DNA of 64,000 nucleotides from an uncultured Candidatus Saccharibacteria bacterium. GTDB taxonomy: Bacteria; Patescibacteriota; Minisyncoccia; UBA6257; UBA9933. The position numbers and the translations under genes are program-made. Positions 18,080 through 27,215 of the stretch are shown here, in pieces. Within the stretch, counting starts at the first letter, position 1, and each line of letters opens with the position of its first letter. The stretch lies in assembly GCA_964453135.1 (NCBI GenBank), contig CAYVOL010000001.1:88895-152894 (forward strand). Reading direction: 5' to 3'. The notes under the pieces are model-generated. The model made no database searches and was not told the origin of the DNA. It worked only from the letters and a program-made list of their open reading frames with translations.

Positions 18080-18563
18080 CGCAGCATTCGGCGAGCTTGG
18101 CCACGATGTCTTCGAGGCTCACACTGCCTTTTGCCGCCTTTTTTATAGTTTGGCCTTTGATAAGTTTTAATTTGAGTGCCCAAAAAATGGAGTACGCCTT
18201 GTAGGCGTTTTCGAATGTTTTCTTGGCTTTTTCCTTTTCTCCTTCAACATGCAATTTATTGCCGACTTCGATGAGGCGCATCGTGGCGGCCAAGAGATGC
18301 TTTGAGATACACCACGTTTCGCCCTCATGCTTCGGCATAAGCTGAGCCAAAAGTTCCTTGCGCAATTCCCGAATCTCTGCTGAAGTATCAAAGTATTCGT
18401 CTTGTTTTGTTTTAACGCCTGTAAAGAAAAAATGCTCTTCAAGGCTTATGAGATTCATAACCGCCAAGCTCAAATCCTCGGCAGTGGAAAGATCCACGCC
18501 TGCGTTTTCTTTTTGAGTTTCTATTTTTTTGAGAAATTCCTCAAGGGTCAATTTTGTTTCCAT
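18072..18563 (-). CDS. Hypothetical protein (163 aa) ending in 'LAECCDE'
   Basis: ORF track; coding-like periodicity; no domain recognised. Confidence 0.4.
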   Translation of the reverse strand: METKLTLEEFLKKIETQKENAGVDLSTAEDLSLAVMNLISLEEHFFFTGVKTKQDEYFDTSAEIRELRKELLAQLMPKHEGETWCISKHLLAATMRLIEVGNKLHVEGEKEKAKKTFENAYKAYSIFWALKLKLIKGQTIKKAAKGSVSLEDIVAKLAECCDE

Positions 18564-18581
18564 GTGAACGTTGTTGTTGAT

Positions 18582-18734
18582 TTAGTAGTTCCAGTAACCG
18601 CCCGTAACCACTTGTGCACCAGGTGCCGCTGGCGCTATTAGGCGATGTTGCATCATGCGGTAAGTCTGCCCTGCCATCAAGACAATCGCCACGATGACTG
18701 CTGGAATGATGGAGGTTGATTCTTTCTTGCTCAT
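18582..18734 (-). CDS. Possible unannotated small membrane peptide (50 aa, MSKKESTSIIPAVIVAIVLMAGQTYRMMQHRLIAPAAPGAQVVTGGYWNY)
   Basis: My own translation of the minus strand; it is below the ORF-track length cutoff. One TM helix; same strand and spacing as its neighbours. Confidence 0.3.
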   Translation of the reverse strand: MSKKESTSIIPAVIVAIVLMAGQTYRMMQHRLIAPAAPGAQVVTGGYWNY

Positions 18735-18831
18735 TATGACTTTTTGGCGCAGTAATAATTTCCATCTGAAGACGAAAAAACCGCATTGGAAATCGGTTTA
18801 TGCCGTGAATAAGCGCGTGAAAAGTTCGCTG

Positions 18832-19254
18832 CTAATTCATGGCGCAAATAATGAAAGGGTCCCGCTTCTCATGGAGCGAGAGCCAGCGTAGCATAAGCAC
18901 GCGGGAAGCAAACAATCTTTCTAGGAAATCTCGTATTGAAAACTGCGGATGCGAATCGCCGATATCTTTTGAGCGCATGCTGGAAAACAACACAAGTACG
19001 AACATGGCAAGCAGAAAGCCGATAAACGGAAACGGCCGGAGCGCAGCAATGAACAAGCCCTGAATAGCTCTAATGTGGTATTTTAGGTGTTCAAACGGCG
19101 TCACAGCCGTTGCACAATTGGTATTCTCAATGGCGCCGATGCAGGCAGGCGAATGACCTTGATTGCGAGTCATGGTGTAAGCCCCAAAAATTGCAGCTCC
19201 CACGAGAGCGATGAAGAGTGCGGCTGATATAATTGTTTTAAGCGTGATTCTCAT
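18832..19254 (-). CDS. Membrane protein, hypothetical (141 aa, start MRITLKTII), directly downstream of csoR
   Basis: TM helices; 'GHSPACIGAIENTNCATAV' Cys/His motif; one-nucleotide gap to the csoR stop. Confidence 0.45.
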   Translation of the reverse strand: MRITLKTIISAALFIALVGAAIFGAYTMTRNQGHSPACIGAIENTNCATAVTPFEHLKYHIRAIQGLFIAALRPFPFIGFLLAMFVLVLFSSMRSKDIGDSHPQFSIRDFLERLFASRVLMLRWLSLHEKRDPFIICAMN

Positions 19255-19255
19255 A

Positions 19256-19515
19256 TTATCTTCGCTGCGCCGAATGATAGACTTTGAGAATTTCATCGGT
19301 CGCTTTTTTCCCTTGACCCGACTTCATCTGCATCGCGACATGCGTTGACAAATGGTTTTGCAAAAGAAGTCCGTCAATGCCTGAAAGCGCCTGCTTAATC
19401 GCGGATGATTGTGTGATAACATCAATGCAGTATTTGTCTTCGCGGATCATCTTCTCAAGGCCGGCCAACTGGCCCTTCACGATCTGAAGGCGACGAAGAG
19501 CTTTTTTCTTCAAGA
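19256..19515 (-). CDS. csoR: CsoR/RcnR-family (DUF156) metal-sensing transcriptional repressor (start set at METVLKKK)
   Basis: 'LRRLQIVKGQLAGLEKMIREDKYCIDVITQSSAIKQALSGIDGLLLQNHL...H' matches the CsoR helix bundle with its Cys/His ligands. The ATG at 19513-19515 sits just after the promoter -10. Confidence 0.75.
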
Positions 19516-19518
19516 CTG

Positions 19519-19556
19519 TTTCCATGCTGGTAGTATACCCCCATAGGGTATTTGCT
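19519..19556 (-). promoter_or_regulatory. Sigma70-like promoter, TTGACA-N18-TATACT, with the CsoR-type palindrome ATACCCCCATAGGGTAT in its spacer (copy 2). It drives csoR, implying autoregulation.
   Basis: Minus-strand read: TTGACAgcaaATACCCTATGGGGGTATACTaccagcATG. It matches the block at 11923-11949 at 26 of 27 positions. Confidence 0.55.
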
Positions 19557-19606
19557 GTCAAGCACTCCCGTGGATAACCCAAAATCCAAAGTAAATATAT
19601 TTTTGT

Positions 19607-20272
19607 TCATAATTCTATAAAATCTTTTATCACTTGCTCATTAAAGGTAGTAAAAATTTTGATTCTGCCAAGTTTTGTGAGGATGATTTCGCCGTCGTAG
19701 TCGTTGGGGGCTAGATATACATTGTCAGGATACTTCTTTACGAGTGCGGTAAGCTGCTGGATCAAATTCGGATCACATTGATACTTCTTACAATTATATT
19801 GAATCAGCACGCCGGGCTTTCCTTTACCGTCGGCATGCTCAAGCATGTGCCGCTGAATTGCGTCCGGAAGCGACGTGGCGGAAATGTGAGCATTTGGCGA
19901 CTCTTCAATATGCCCCTGCACATCGGTGGGCGGCAAGTTCGGCCGGGTTGAAAGATACCAGATCCCGAACGCGGCGATGCCAGCGAAAATTGCGGTATAG
20001 CTGACGCGCTTTGCAAAACGAATAAATGCACGTCGACGCTCCTCTCCTACGTGTAGAATGTTCTTCGCTTTACGCGCGGATGATTTTTCTGAGTTCTTCG
20101 CGGCGGAAACGACGAACTGATCGATTGCATGCTTGATAATTTCGATATTGCAGGTCTTATGCTCCTTGCACCACGCTTCGCACTGCTCCGCAATCGCTTT
20201 TTTCGCGTAGATGAGCTTGCACTCGCCGCATTGATGGTAAGTGCCGCCGCTTTTTTGAATGACGTTGGTCAT
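19607..20272 (-). CDS. Hypothetical protein with an N-terminal Cys4 cluster, one TM helix and a C-terminal domain resembling DUF3105-type proteins
   Basis: 'YHQCGECK...CEAWCKEHKTC', TM helix 'YTAIFAGIAAFGIWYL', 'PGVLIQYNCKKYQCDPNL...YLAPND'. The DUF assignment is from recall only. Confidence 0.4.
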   Translation of the reverse strand: MTNVIQKSGGTYHQCGECKLIYAKKAIAEQCEAWCKEHKTCNIEIIKHAIDQFVVSAAKNSEKSSARKAKNILHVGEERRRAFIRFAKRVSYTAIFAGIAAFGIWYLSTRPNLPPTDVQGHIEESPNAHISATSLPDAIQRHMLEHADGKGKPGVLIQYNCKKYQCDPNLIQQLTALVKKYPDNVYLAPNDYDGEIILTKLGRIKIFTTFNEQVIKDFIEL

Positions 20273-20302
20273 ATAATTTTATTCGTGGCGATTTAATATG
20301 AA

Positions 20303-20860
20303 TTATGGCGCACACACTAACGGATCGGCAATTTTCTTCGCTATGGCCCCGATGGCAATAAACAACAAAATTATGCCAAGCAGTCCAAATTCTCCTCCTC
20401 GAAGAGGAAGGGTTGCGATTGCTCCTGATGCGCCGAGAAGCGAGAGCGCGCCAGTCGCAATGACCGATCCGCACGCAGCACAACCGATCCCCAATATGCC
20501 GCTTATCATGCCGCCCGCGCCGAAGACGACTCTGCTTTTGGCCACCTCGAATCTTCGTGAAAAATAGTAAGCGACCATCGCGGCATATATTCCGAAGAGC
20601 GCGGCAATCACAATCGTGTACGCCGCGGAGAATATTGAGAAGTTGGTGCTGATTCCGCCAAGAAGATTTATAGGCAGCTGAACGCGCAAGATCCATGGCG
20701 CATTTCCATCTTGAAGCGTATGGTAGATCAACCCGAAATTCGGAAGCCATACTGCGAATGTGAAAACTGAGACGCTCACCGCAAACGCAAGAACAATATA
20801 GCGGATTTTCGAGAAAACCTGCTTGAAAGCGAAAAAGGTTGTTTTTGCGTAACGTGCCAT
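20303..20860 (-). CDS. Polytopic membrane protein, hypothetical (185 aa)
   Basis: Hydrophobic, Gly/Ala-rich TM helices. Preferred over the overlapping ORF 20157..20867 in another frame. Confidence 0.45.
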   Translation of the reverse strand: MARYAKTTFFAFKQVFSKIRYIVLAFAVSVSVFTFAVWLPNFGLIYHTLQDGNAPWILRVQLPINLLGGISTNFSIFSAAYTIVIAALFGIYAAMVAYYFSRRFEVAKSRVVFGAGGMISGILGIGCAACGSVIATGALSLLGASGAIATLPLRGGEFGLLGIILLFIAIGAIAKKIADPLVCAP

Positions 20861-20867
20861 AATTCAA

Positions 20868-21635
20868 CTATTTTTTCTGAAGAGCGATATCAATGACCGA
20901 TTTGAATACCGAATACGGCTGAGCGCCTTGTACCAACTGGCCGTTGATATAACTGGTGGGCGTGGAATTCACTCCAATTGCGCTTGCTGCATCCCGATCT
21001 TTTTGAACTTGTGAAACATGTTTATTGCCGTCATAGCAGCTCGTAAATGCGTTCACATCGAGCCCTGCCTTTCCGGCCAAACTCACAAAGAGCGTGCGAT
21101 TAAGATTTCCGCTGTTTTCTTTCCCGTCAGCAATTTCGGCCTTATACAATTCATCGTGGTATGCCCAAAATTTTCCCTGGTCTTTGGCACATTCCGCGGC
21201 CGCTCCGGCATTTGTCGATTCCTGCCCGAGAAACTGGAAGTTGCGGAAGACCATTTTTACTTTGCCGATCTTGATATACTCGTCGCGAAGCTGCGGCTCG
21301 ACTTGACTAAACATGCGGCCGCAGAACGGACATTGATAGTCGCCGTATTCAATAAGCGTGACCGGCGCGTTTTGATCGCCCAAAATGACATCACGCCCGC
21401 CGATTTTAAGCGCCTCAGCGAGATTTGCAGATGGCGTCGGCTGATTATTGCCAACTGCCACTTGCTGCGGCGCGCTCCCGCCTGTTGATTTTCCTGCAGA
21501 GTAAATAACCGATCCGGCAATCAAAACGCCGGCGATGAGAATCGAGGCAGACAGCATAAAGCTGTTCGATTGTCTGGATTTTTCTTCTACGATTTGTTCT
21601 TCTTTTTGTTCGTGATGCTTGTGGTGTTCGTGCAT
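20868..21635 (-). CDS. DsbA-family thiol:disulfide oxidoreductase (thioredoxin fold), membrane-anchored
   Basis: 'LIEYGDYQCPFCGRMF' CPFC active site, N-terminal TM anchor, His-rich N-terminus. Confidence 0.8.
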   Translation of the reverse strand: MHEHHKHHEQKEEQIVEEKSRQSNSFMLSASILIAGVLIAGSVIYSAGKSTGGSAPQQVAVGNNQPTPSANLAEALKIGGRDVILGDQNAPVTLIEYGDYQCPFCGRMFSQVEPQLRDEYIKIGKVKMVFRNFQFLGQESTNAGAAAECAKDQGKFWAYHDELYKAEIADGKENSGNLNRTLFVSLAGKAGLDVNAFTSCYDGNKHVSQVQKDRDAASAIGVNSTPTSYINGQLVQGAQPYSVFKSVIDIALQKK

Positions 21636-21717
21636 GGTTTTGAATAATTAATGGTTGATGAATTCGTAAACAGCAGCCGCTTTGCGGTTGCCAAAACAAA
21701 ACGCAACCGATGGGCGG

Positions 21718-22137
21718 CTAAACAGAAAAGGCTACGCCGTAAATTTTAGGATGGATGATGCCCTGACTAAATGCCTTGGTTAGGTAATCAAAGATTTTTG
21801 GAATAAGCGCTCGAATTGAAAACGAACCTGATGGTGCAGCATTGTTTTTAACTGCTGATTTTGCAATCGATTGTGGATATGGAAAAACGAGCGATAAAAG
21901 GACGAAAGGTAAGAAGCTAAAAAATATCCAGTTTTGGTTCTGTAGCGGAAGCGCGCTCAAAAAATTCAACATGCTGCACCCCTGCGCTATGCGGTGCATG
22001 GGATCCACATTTGGCATGCCGCAAATCACGGCGGCCATCATCACAATAACGATTACCGGGTATACAATAATGCTGCTTCGGGGGGGTGACAAAAAAATCA
22101 TATTTATCAATATACCTGTAAATTTGTCACTAATCAA
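21718..22137 (-). CDS. Membrane protein, hypothetical (139 aa). Composition is back at the AT-rich host level.
   Basis: ORF track; TM helices. Confidence 0.35.
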   Translation of the reverse strand: MISDKFTGILINMIFLSPPRSSIIVYPVIVIVMMAAVICGMPNVDPMHRIAQGCSMLNFLSALPLQNQNWIFFSFLPFVLLSLVFPYPQSIAKSAVKNNAAPSGSFSIRALIPKIFDYLTKAFSQGIIHPKIYGVAFSV

Positions 22138-22347
22138 TTTCCCCTCTCATCACTTTTCTATCCCTTAAAATTAGATTGTCTTAGATAGATATTATCAGCT
22201 CCCTTTTCTCGCCTGATAATCCTTTGTCCTGCCAGAACCAGAATATATATAGTATTTGATGCCGAGACCAGAAAGCTTTTTTAGTCCAAGCTGACTCTCC
22301 AGAAACGTTTGTGGGGCTTGTATGGATTAGGTACCGTGGAGAATGCA

Positions 22348-22381
22348 GTAAATTATACAAAACCCCCGCAAGCGCGGGGGT
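22348..22381 (-). terminator. Rho-independent terminator for the 22415..22972 gene (stem CCCCCGC/GCGGGGG, then TTTTGTATAATTT on the minus strand)
   Basis: Hairpin at 22363-22380 followed by a U-rich tract on the minus strand. Confidence 0.55.
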
Positions 22382-22414
22382 TGAGAGCATGCTTGTCCTA
22401 TCCTATGTCCTATC

Positions 22415-22972
22415 CTATTGTCCTAATTGGGCCTGCAATCTTTTTATTAGATCTTGAAGCTCCTGGATCCGTTGCTGGATTTTAGCGGCATTGAACGCGC
22501 TGTCCTTTCTTTGTTTCGCGAAAATATCATTGACGCGCGAAATGGTAATTACCCTTGTCGTTTGGTTGAAATTACCGGAAAGCATAATCTTGTCGCCTGC
22601 TCTAATATCATTGACAGTTATATCGCCAAGGAAAGCCGCTCCGGCAAGGCTGACGTCTTTGCTGAATCCAAACAAACTCACGTTCAGCATATTGGTAGAC
22701 GTAGAGACAGAATTGACAACAACTCCATTCGCCTTAAAATCGCCTTTGAAATTCACGGACAACGATTCTCCGGCAACATTCCCTTCAATGACGCCGCGTC
22801 CTCCATCTTCAACTTTTTTCAATAAATTTCCGACACCCAGCATAACTCCTTGTCCATTGTTATTTTTGTTGTCTTCATCTCTGGCAGAAGCATTCCTTCC
22901 CGCTACGGAGAACGCCGCAGCCACCACAACAATCATCGCGGAAGCTAAAAAGATTTTAATGATTTTGCTCAT
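22415..22972 (-). CDS. Secreted hypothetical protein with a repetitive beta-strand-rich middle region (possibly beta-helical or bactofilin-like) and a C-terminal coiled coil
   Basis: Signal peptide 'IFLASAMIVVVAAAFSVAG'; V/N/S/G-rich repeats. Confidence 0.45.
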   Translation of the reverse strand: MSKIIKIFLASAMIVVVAAAFSVAGRNASARDEDNKNNNGQGVMLGVGNLLKKVEDGGRGVIEGNVAGESLSVNFKGDFKANGVVVNSVSTSTNMLNVSLFGFSKDVSLAGAAFLGDITVNDIRAGDKIMLSGNFNQTTRVITISRVNDIFAKQRKDSAFNAAKIQQRIQELQDLIKRLQAQLGQ

Positions 22973-23152
22973 ATTCTTGTTTTAGATTGGTTATTGCGTC
23001 GACCTTTGCTTAAATATACGGCAGACTGGCTTATGTTGTTACAGGTATGTCAGCATCGCCGATAAATCATATTGGCTCTAATGCTGTCAAAAGCGCGGAT
23101 CTATGCGGTCCACGATATACCCGCTGAATGTCTCATCCGACAAAAGAACTGC

Positions 23153-24994
23153 TCAAACAAATCCCTTTCTTGCTTTTTTTTCGTCGTTTTCTTTGAGCCA
23201 ATATTTTCGCAAGCGGATAGATTTGGGAGTTATTTCCACAAGCTCGTCGTCGTCAATGAACTCGATTGCTTCCTCAAGCGTCGGAGTGTGCATAGCTTTT
23301 AAAAATTCCATGGCGCCGTCGGACTTCGCTCGCATATTAGAAAGCTGTTTTTCTTTGCAGACATTCACGCGGATGTCATTTTCCCTGGCGTTCTCGCCGA
23401 CAATCTGCCCTTCGTAGACATTCACGCCGGGACCGAAAAAAAGTTCTCCCCTGCCTTCGGCTATAAGAAGCCCGTAGGTTCTTGTCGTGCCGGTCTCCGA
23501 TGCCACAAGCGAACCGCGCGGATTTGATTCAAAATCGCCCTTATATTCTTCGTATTTTTCAAAAAGAGAGTTGATGATTCCCTGCCCTTTCGTCCGCGTC
23601 AAAAATCTGTTGCGAAAACCTATTAACCCCCGCGTCGGAACCAGAAATTCCAAGAATGCCGTTCCTTTTTCCGTTCTCATTTCAACCATAATTCCCTTGC
23701 GCTGGCCAAGTTCGCTCACGACCGTTCCAGTAAATTGTTCGGGAACTTCTATGGAAGCGCGCTCAATCGGCTCGAGTTTTTTTCCGCCTCCTTCCGGCGG
23801 ATCGCGAAAAATGACCTGCGGGCGGGAAACCTGAAATTCGTATCCCTCGCGCCTCATTTTTTCAATAAGAATGGCGAGGTGCAGTTCGCCGCGCCCGGAA
23901 ACGACCCAAGCGTCCGCGGCTCCGGACACCGGCTCCACGCGCAAGGCCACATCCGTGTCAAGTTCGCGCATAAAACGCTCGTTCAAATTCCTTGATGTTC
24001 CCAGTTTTCCCTCCTGCCCCGAAAAAGGCGACGTGTTCACGGAAAAAACCATCTTGATCGTCGGCTTTTCAATATCTATCGTGGGCAGCGCAACCGGATT
24101 TTCCAGATCGGCGATAGTCTCGCCAATAGAGATATCCGGAATTCCCGCGACGGCAACAATATCTCCGGGCATGGCGGCCTCTGTTTCAATCCTTGTTAAT
24201 CCGTCGAAAGTCATAACGGAAGTAAGGGTCGCTTTTTTCGCAATGCCCGATCGATTTATATGCGCCACCTCCATTCCTTTTTTGAGTATTCCTGAATAAA
24301 GACGGCCTACGGCGATCTTTCCTTTGTAATTGTCGTAGGCAAGATTAACAGTCAGCATCTTGAGGGAACCGGCGCCTACTTCCGGATCTGGAATGTTGTT
24401 GACTATCGCATCAAATAAAGGAGTGATGTCTGTCATTCTGTTCAAGTCGCGATCATAACCGGCCTTGCCGGCAACGCCGGAAGCGTAAACAACTGGGAAG
24501 TCCGCCTGCTCCTCGGAGGCACCTAACTCCATGAAAAGATCCAACGTGCGGTCCAGCGCCCAAAGCGGCCGTACTTCCGGCTTGTCTATCTTATTGATGA
24601 CCACGATTATTTTGTGGCCGGCCTTGATGGCGTTTTTCAAAACGAATTTTGTCTGCGGCATAGGGCCCTCCTTGGCGTCAACCAAGAGCAAGGCGCCGTC
24701 AACCATGCGCATAATCCGCTCCACTTCGCCGCCGAAATCGGCGTGCCCGGGCGTATCCACAATATTTATCTTTGTTTCGCCGTACATTACGGAAGCGTTC
24801 TTGGAAAAAATAGTGATGCCGCGCTCTCGTTCAAGCTCGTTGGAATCCATTATCAACGTTTCATTTTGCAGTTTTCCGCCAAGGGCGGAGCCGCCCTTGG
24901 CGGAAAAACCGCGCGACTGCTTCAAAAGCGCGTCAACAAGAGTGGTCTTTCCGTGATCCACATGCGCAATGATGGCGATGTTTTTTAGTTTCAT
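23153..24994 (-). CDS. typA: Translational GTPase TypA/BipA
   Basis: 'NIAIIAHVDHGKTTLVDALL', 'DTPGHADFGGEVER', 'NKIDK'; a 613-aa EF-G-like architecture. Confidence 0.9.
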   Translation of the reverse strand: MKLKNIAIIAHVDHGKTTLVDALLKQSRGFSAKGGSALGGKLQNETLIMDSNELERERGITIFSKNASVMYGETKINIVDTPGHADFGGEVERIMRMVDGALLLVDAKEGPMPQTKFVLKNAIKAGHKIIVVINKIDKPEVRPLWALDRTLDLFMELGASEEQADFPVVYASGVAGKAGYDRDLNRMTDITPLFDAIVNNIPDPEVGAGSLKMLTVNLAYDNYKGKIAVGRLYSGILKKGMEVAHINRSGIAKKATLTSVMTFDGLTRIETEAAMPGDIVAVAGIPDISIGETIADLENPVALPTIDIEKPTIKMVFSVNTSPFSGQEGKLGTSRNLNERFMRELDTDVALRVEPVSGAADAWVVSGRGELHLAILIEKMRREGYEFQVSRPQVIFRDPPEGGGKKLEPIERASIEVPEQFTGTVVSELGQRKGIMVEMRTEKGTAFLEFLVPTRGLIGFRNRFLTRTKGQGIINSLFEKYEEYKGDFESNPRGSLVASETGTTRTYGLLIAEGRGELFFGPGVNVYEGQIVGENARENDIRVNVCKEKQLSNMRAKSDGAMEFLKAMHTPTLEEAIEFIDDDELVEITPKSIRLRKYWLKENDEKKARKGFV

Positions 24995-25232
24995 TTGAAA
25001 TAATAAAGACCCGCGCAGAGGGGTCAGAGAACTAATTTATACCACAACATTTTTTGCGGCGCAATATTTTATTCTTTAGATTCCGGTGAGCAAATTGTTA
25101 ATATTGTTTTTCAATATCAAAAAAGCCAAAAAGGCCTCTTAGTAAAAACGGAAAATACCCATCAGGCCATAGAATGCTTGGGTTTCGATTTAAAAAATAA
25201 ATTTTATCGGTCTCTGATTCCGATTGAAGACG

Positions 25233-25883
25233 CTATTTCTCCTGATAATCTTCCCTGAAAAATTTCTGGGCGATATGAAAAATTCCGTAAGTGATGAAGA
25301 AAGCGGAAAAAACGTCAATGGTGTAATGAAGATGGCCGAGAAGAACCGCTCCCGCGGCGACGAAAGAAGAAAGGAAAAAAATGTAGCGCAAAATTTTATT
25401 TTCCCAAAATATCAAAGCCATCAAAAACGGCATGCCGGTGTGGCCGGAAAAAAATAAATCAGTTCCTCCGGTGAAGTATTCAAAATGCAAAGAGCCGTCC
25501 AGCAATCGCGTTTTAATATGGTCGGGGTAGGGCGCGAGAGGCGTCATAATGACAAAAAGAGCGCGAACAGCGACAAACAAAGAAATGCTTTTAAGGGCAA
25601 AGGGGATTTTCTCCGGATATAAAACAGCGAGAACAAGCAGAAAAACAATAAACAAAATCGTTCCGCCGCTGAAAACAATATCGGTGTTAATCACAGGCAA
25701 ATTTTGAAGAATAATGTCAAAGGTCGTGCTCCCTTCCTCTCTGCTTAAATAATTGATAGCGCCGTAATTAATCAAAAAACTGGCGGCAAGAAAAACCAAC
25801 CCCAAAGCAGTAGATAAAACAAAACTTTTGTCCAGCCAAAGATTTCTGTGTTGGCTGATTATTTTTTTCGCGCGGTTGTGCAT
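25233..25883 (-). CDS. PAP2-superfamily (PAP2_C / sphingomyelin-synthase-like) membrane protein
   Basis: 'FFSGHTGMPF' and 'LGHLHYTIDVFSAFFI' motifs in a polytopic membrane protein. Confidence 0.55.
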   Translation of the reverse strand: MHNRAKKIISQHRNLWLDKSFVLSTALGLVFLAASFLINYGAINYLSREEGSTTFDIILQNLPVINTDIVFSGGTILFIVFLLVLAVLYPEKIPFALKSISLFVAVRALFVIMTPLAPYPDHIKTRLLDGSLHFEYFTGGTDLFFSGHTGMPFLMALIFWENKILRYIFFLSSFVAAGAVLLGHLHYTIDVFSAFFITYGIFHIAQKFFREDYQEK

Positions 25884-25971
25884 ATTTTATAAAAATAATT
25901 CAAAATGTAATAAATCTGAGCGTTATTTACATTTCAAAACATTGACCATTTGCGTTCTCGACGGCCTCCTC

Positions 25972-26102
25972 TGTCATTCTTCCCGACCTTCTGTCATTCT
26001 GAATCCGCCAGCCGGCGGAGAAGAATCTCCTTGATTCAACCGGAAAGCTTGCTACTTCGGAACGAGATCCTTCGTCCGCCAACTGGCGGACTCAGGATGA
26101 CG
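25972..26102. repeat. MITE/REP-like nested-palindrome element, copy A (GTCATTCTGA...AAGAATCTC // GAGATCCTTCG...CTCAGGATGAC)
   Basis: Core shared with the seven other copies; internal palindromes CCGCCAGCCGGCGG and CCGCCAACTGGCGG. Confidence 0.6.
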
Positions 26103-26164
26103 CAAACGATTATAATGACAATTAGAACGGGAGACAATATATATCCGCGGTTTCTAATCGCCGT

Positions 26165-27214
26165 CTATCGGCGCAGTTTCTGAAACGCCCGGTAAACTTC
26201 GTCAACCGTAATTCGGGAAATGAAACTATTTTGGGAAGAAAAAAATAATTGCCCCAATCCCCGGCCATTGGTTTTATCAATGGAAGCGCCCAAAGAATTG
26301 ATATGAAAATGAGGCCCGGCGCCGAAAATAGTTATTCCTTTCAATCCGGCAAGATACGCCAGATTGCTCGGCCCGCTGTCTACGCCGATAAAGTAATCGG
26401 CGTTTTTGAAAACAACAAGCAATTCGGGAATGTCTATCTTATTAATCAGAGAATGAACCACGAAGCTCAGCGAGGAATAAATGCGCTCGTAATTTTTTAA
26501 ATCTTTTTCTCCGCCGACAAAAATAAATTGAAAATTTCCCGACTGATTTATTTTTTCCAACAGCTCAATCCATTTTTTATTATCCCAGCGCTTCATCGGC
26601 CAATTTGCCCAAGTATGAATAATGATTTTCTTTTTCTTGCTTTTGAAAATCTCATGGAAAACCTCTTGGGATAAAACCTGGTAATCGCTTTTCTGAAACT
26701 GAAAAATGTCGTCAAGGGAAACACTGATATCTCTTTTAAGCAGAAATTCGCAGTTAAAAGTTCTTCAGGTTTTGGGCTGACTTCTAAATAATAAATTTTT
26801 TGTCAAATGAGCGACATATTTTAGCCCCGCGAACAAAGTAGTTTTAATCTCGCCCGCCGATATATTTCTTACTATTCTATACGCCCCTTTGTTCATTCTC
26901 ATTATAATTATTTTTTCGTACGGTTCAAAATTTTTCTTTTCATTTATTTTTTCCACGACAAACACTTCATTGACCCCTTTTAATCTTTCTGCCAGAGATT
27001 TCAACGCGGGCGAAACTAAAAGATCAACTTTTTTGTCTTTATTTTCAGCGATGAAAAAAGAAAGCGCCGCGGCAGCCGACGCGAATTCGCCGATAAGGCA
27101 AGGAATGACGATTAAAATTTTGTTGTTTTTATAATCGCGCGTTCTTTTTGTCAGCTCAATGATGCCGCCCAGGGCCGCCTCCTGCCAGATGTTAAAATAC
27201 TCGCGATTGAACAT
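26165..27214 (-). pseudogene. Glycosyltransferase family 9 (heptosyltransferase-like) gene split into two ORFs (26165..26596 and 26765..27214); likely a frameshift/pseudogene, or a sequencing error
   Basis: The N-terminal ORF has the GT9 N-domain. The C-terminal ORF carries 'FIGVDSGPSNLAYLAGLKGITIFG'. The two ORFs are 143 and 149 aa; a typical GT9 is about 340 aa. Confidence 0.45.
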
Positions 27215-27215
27215 T

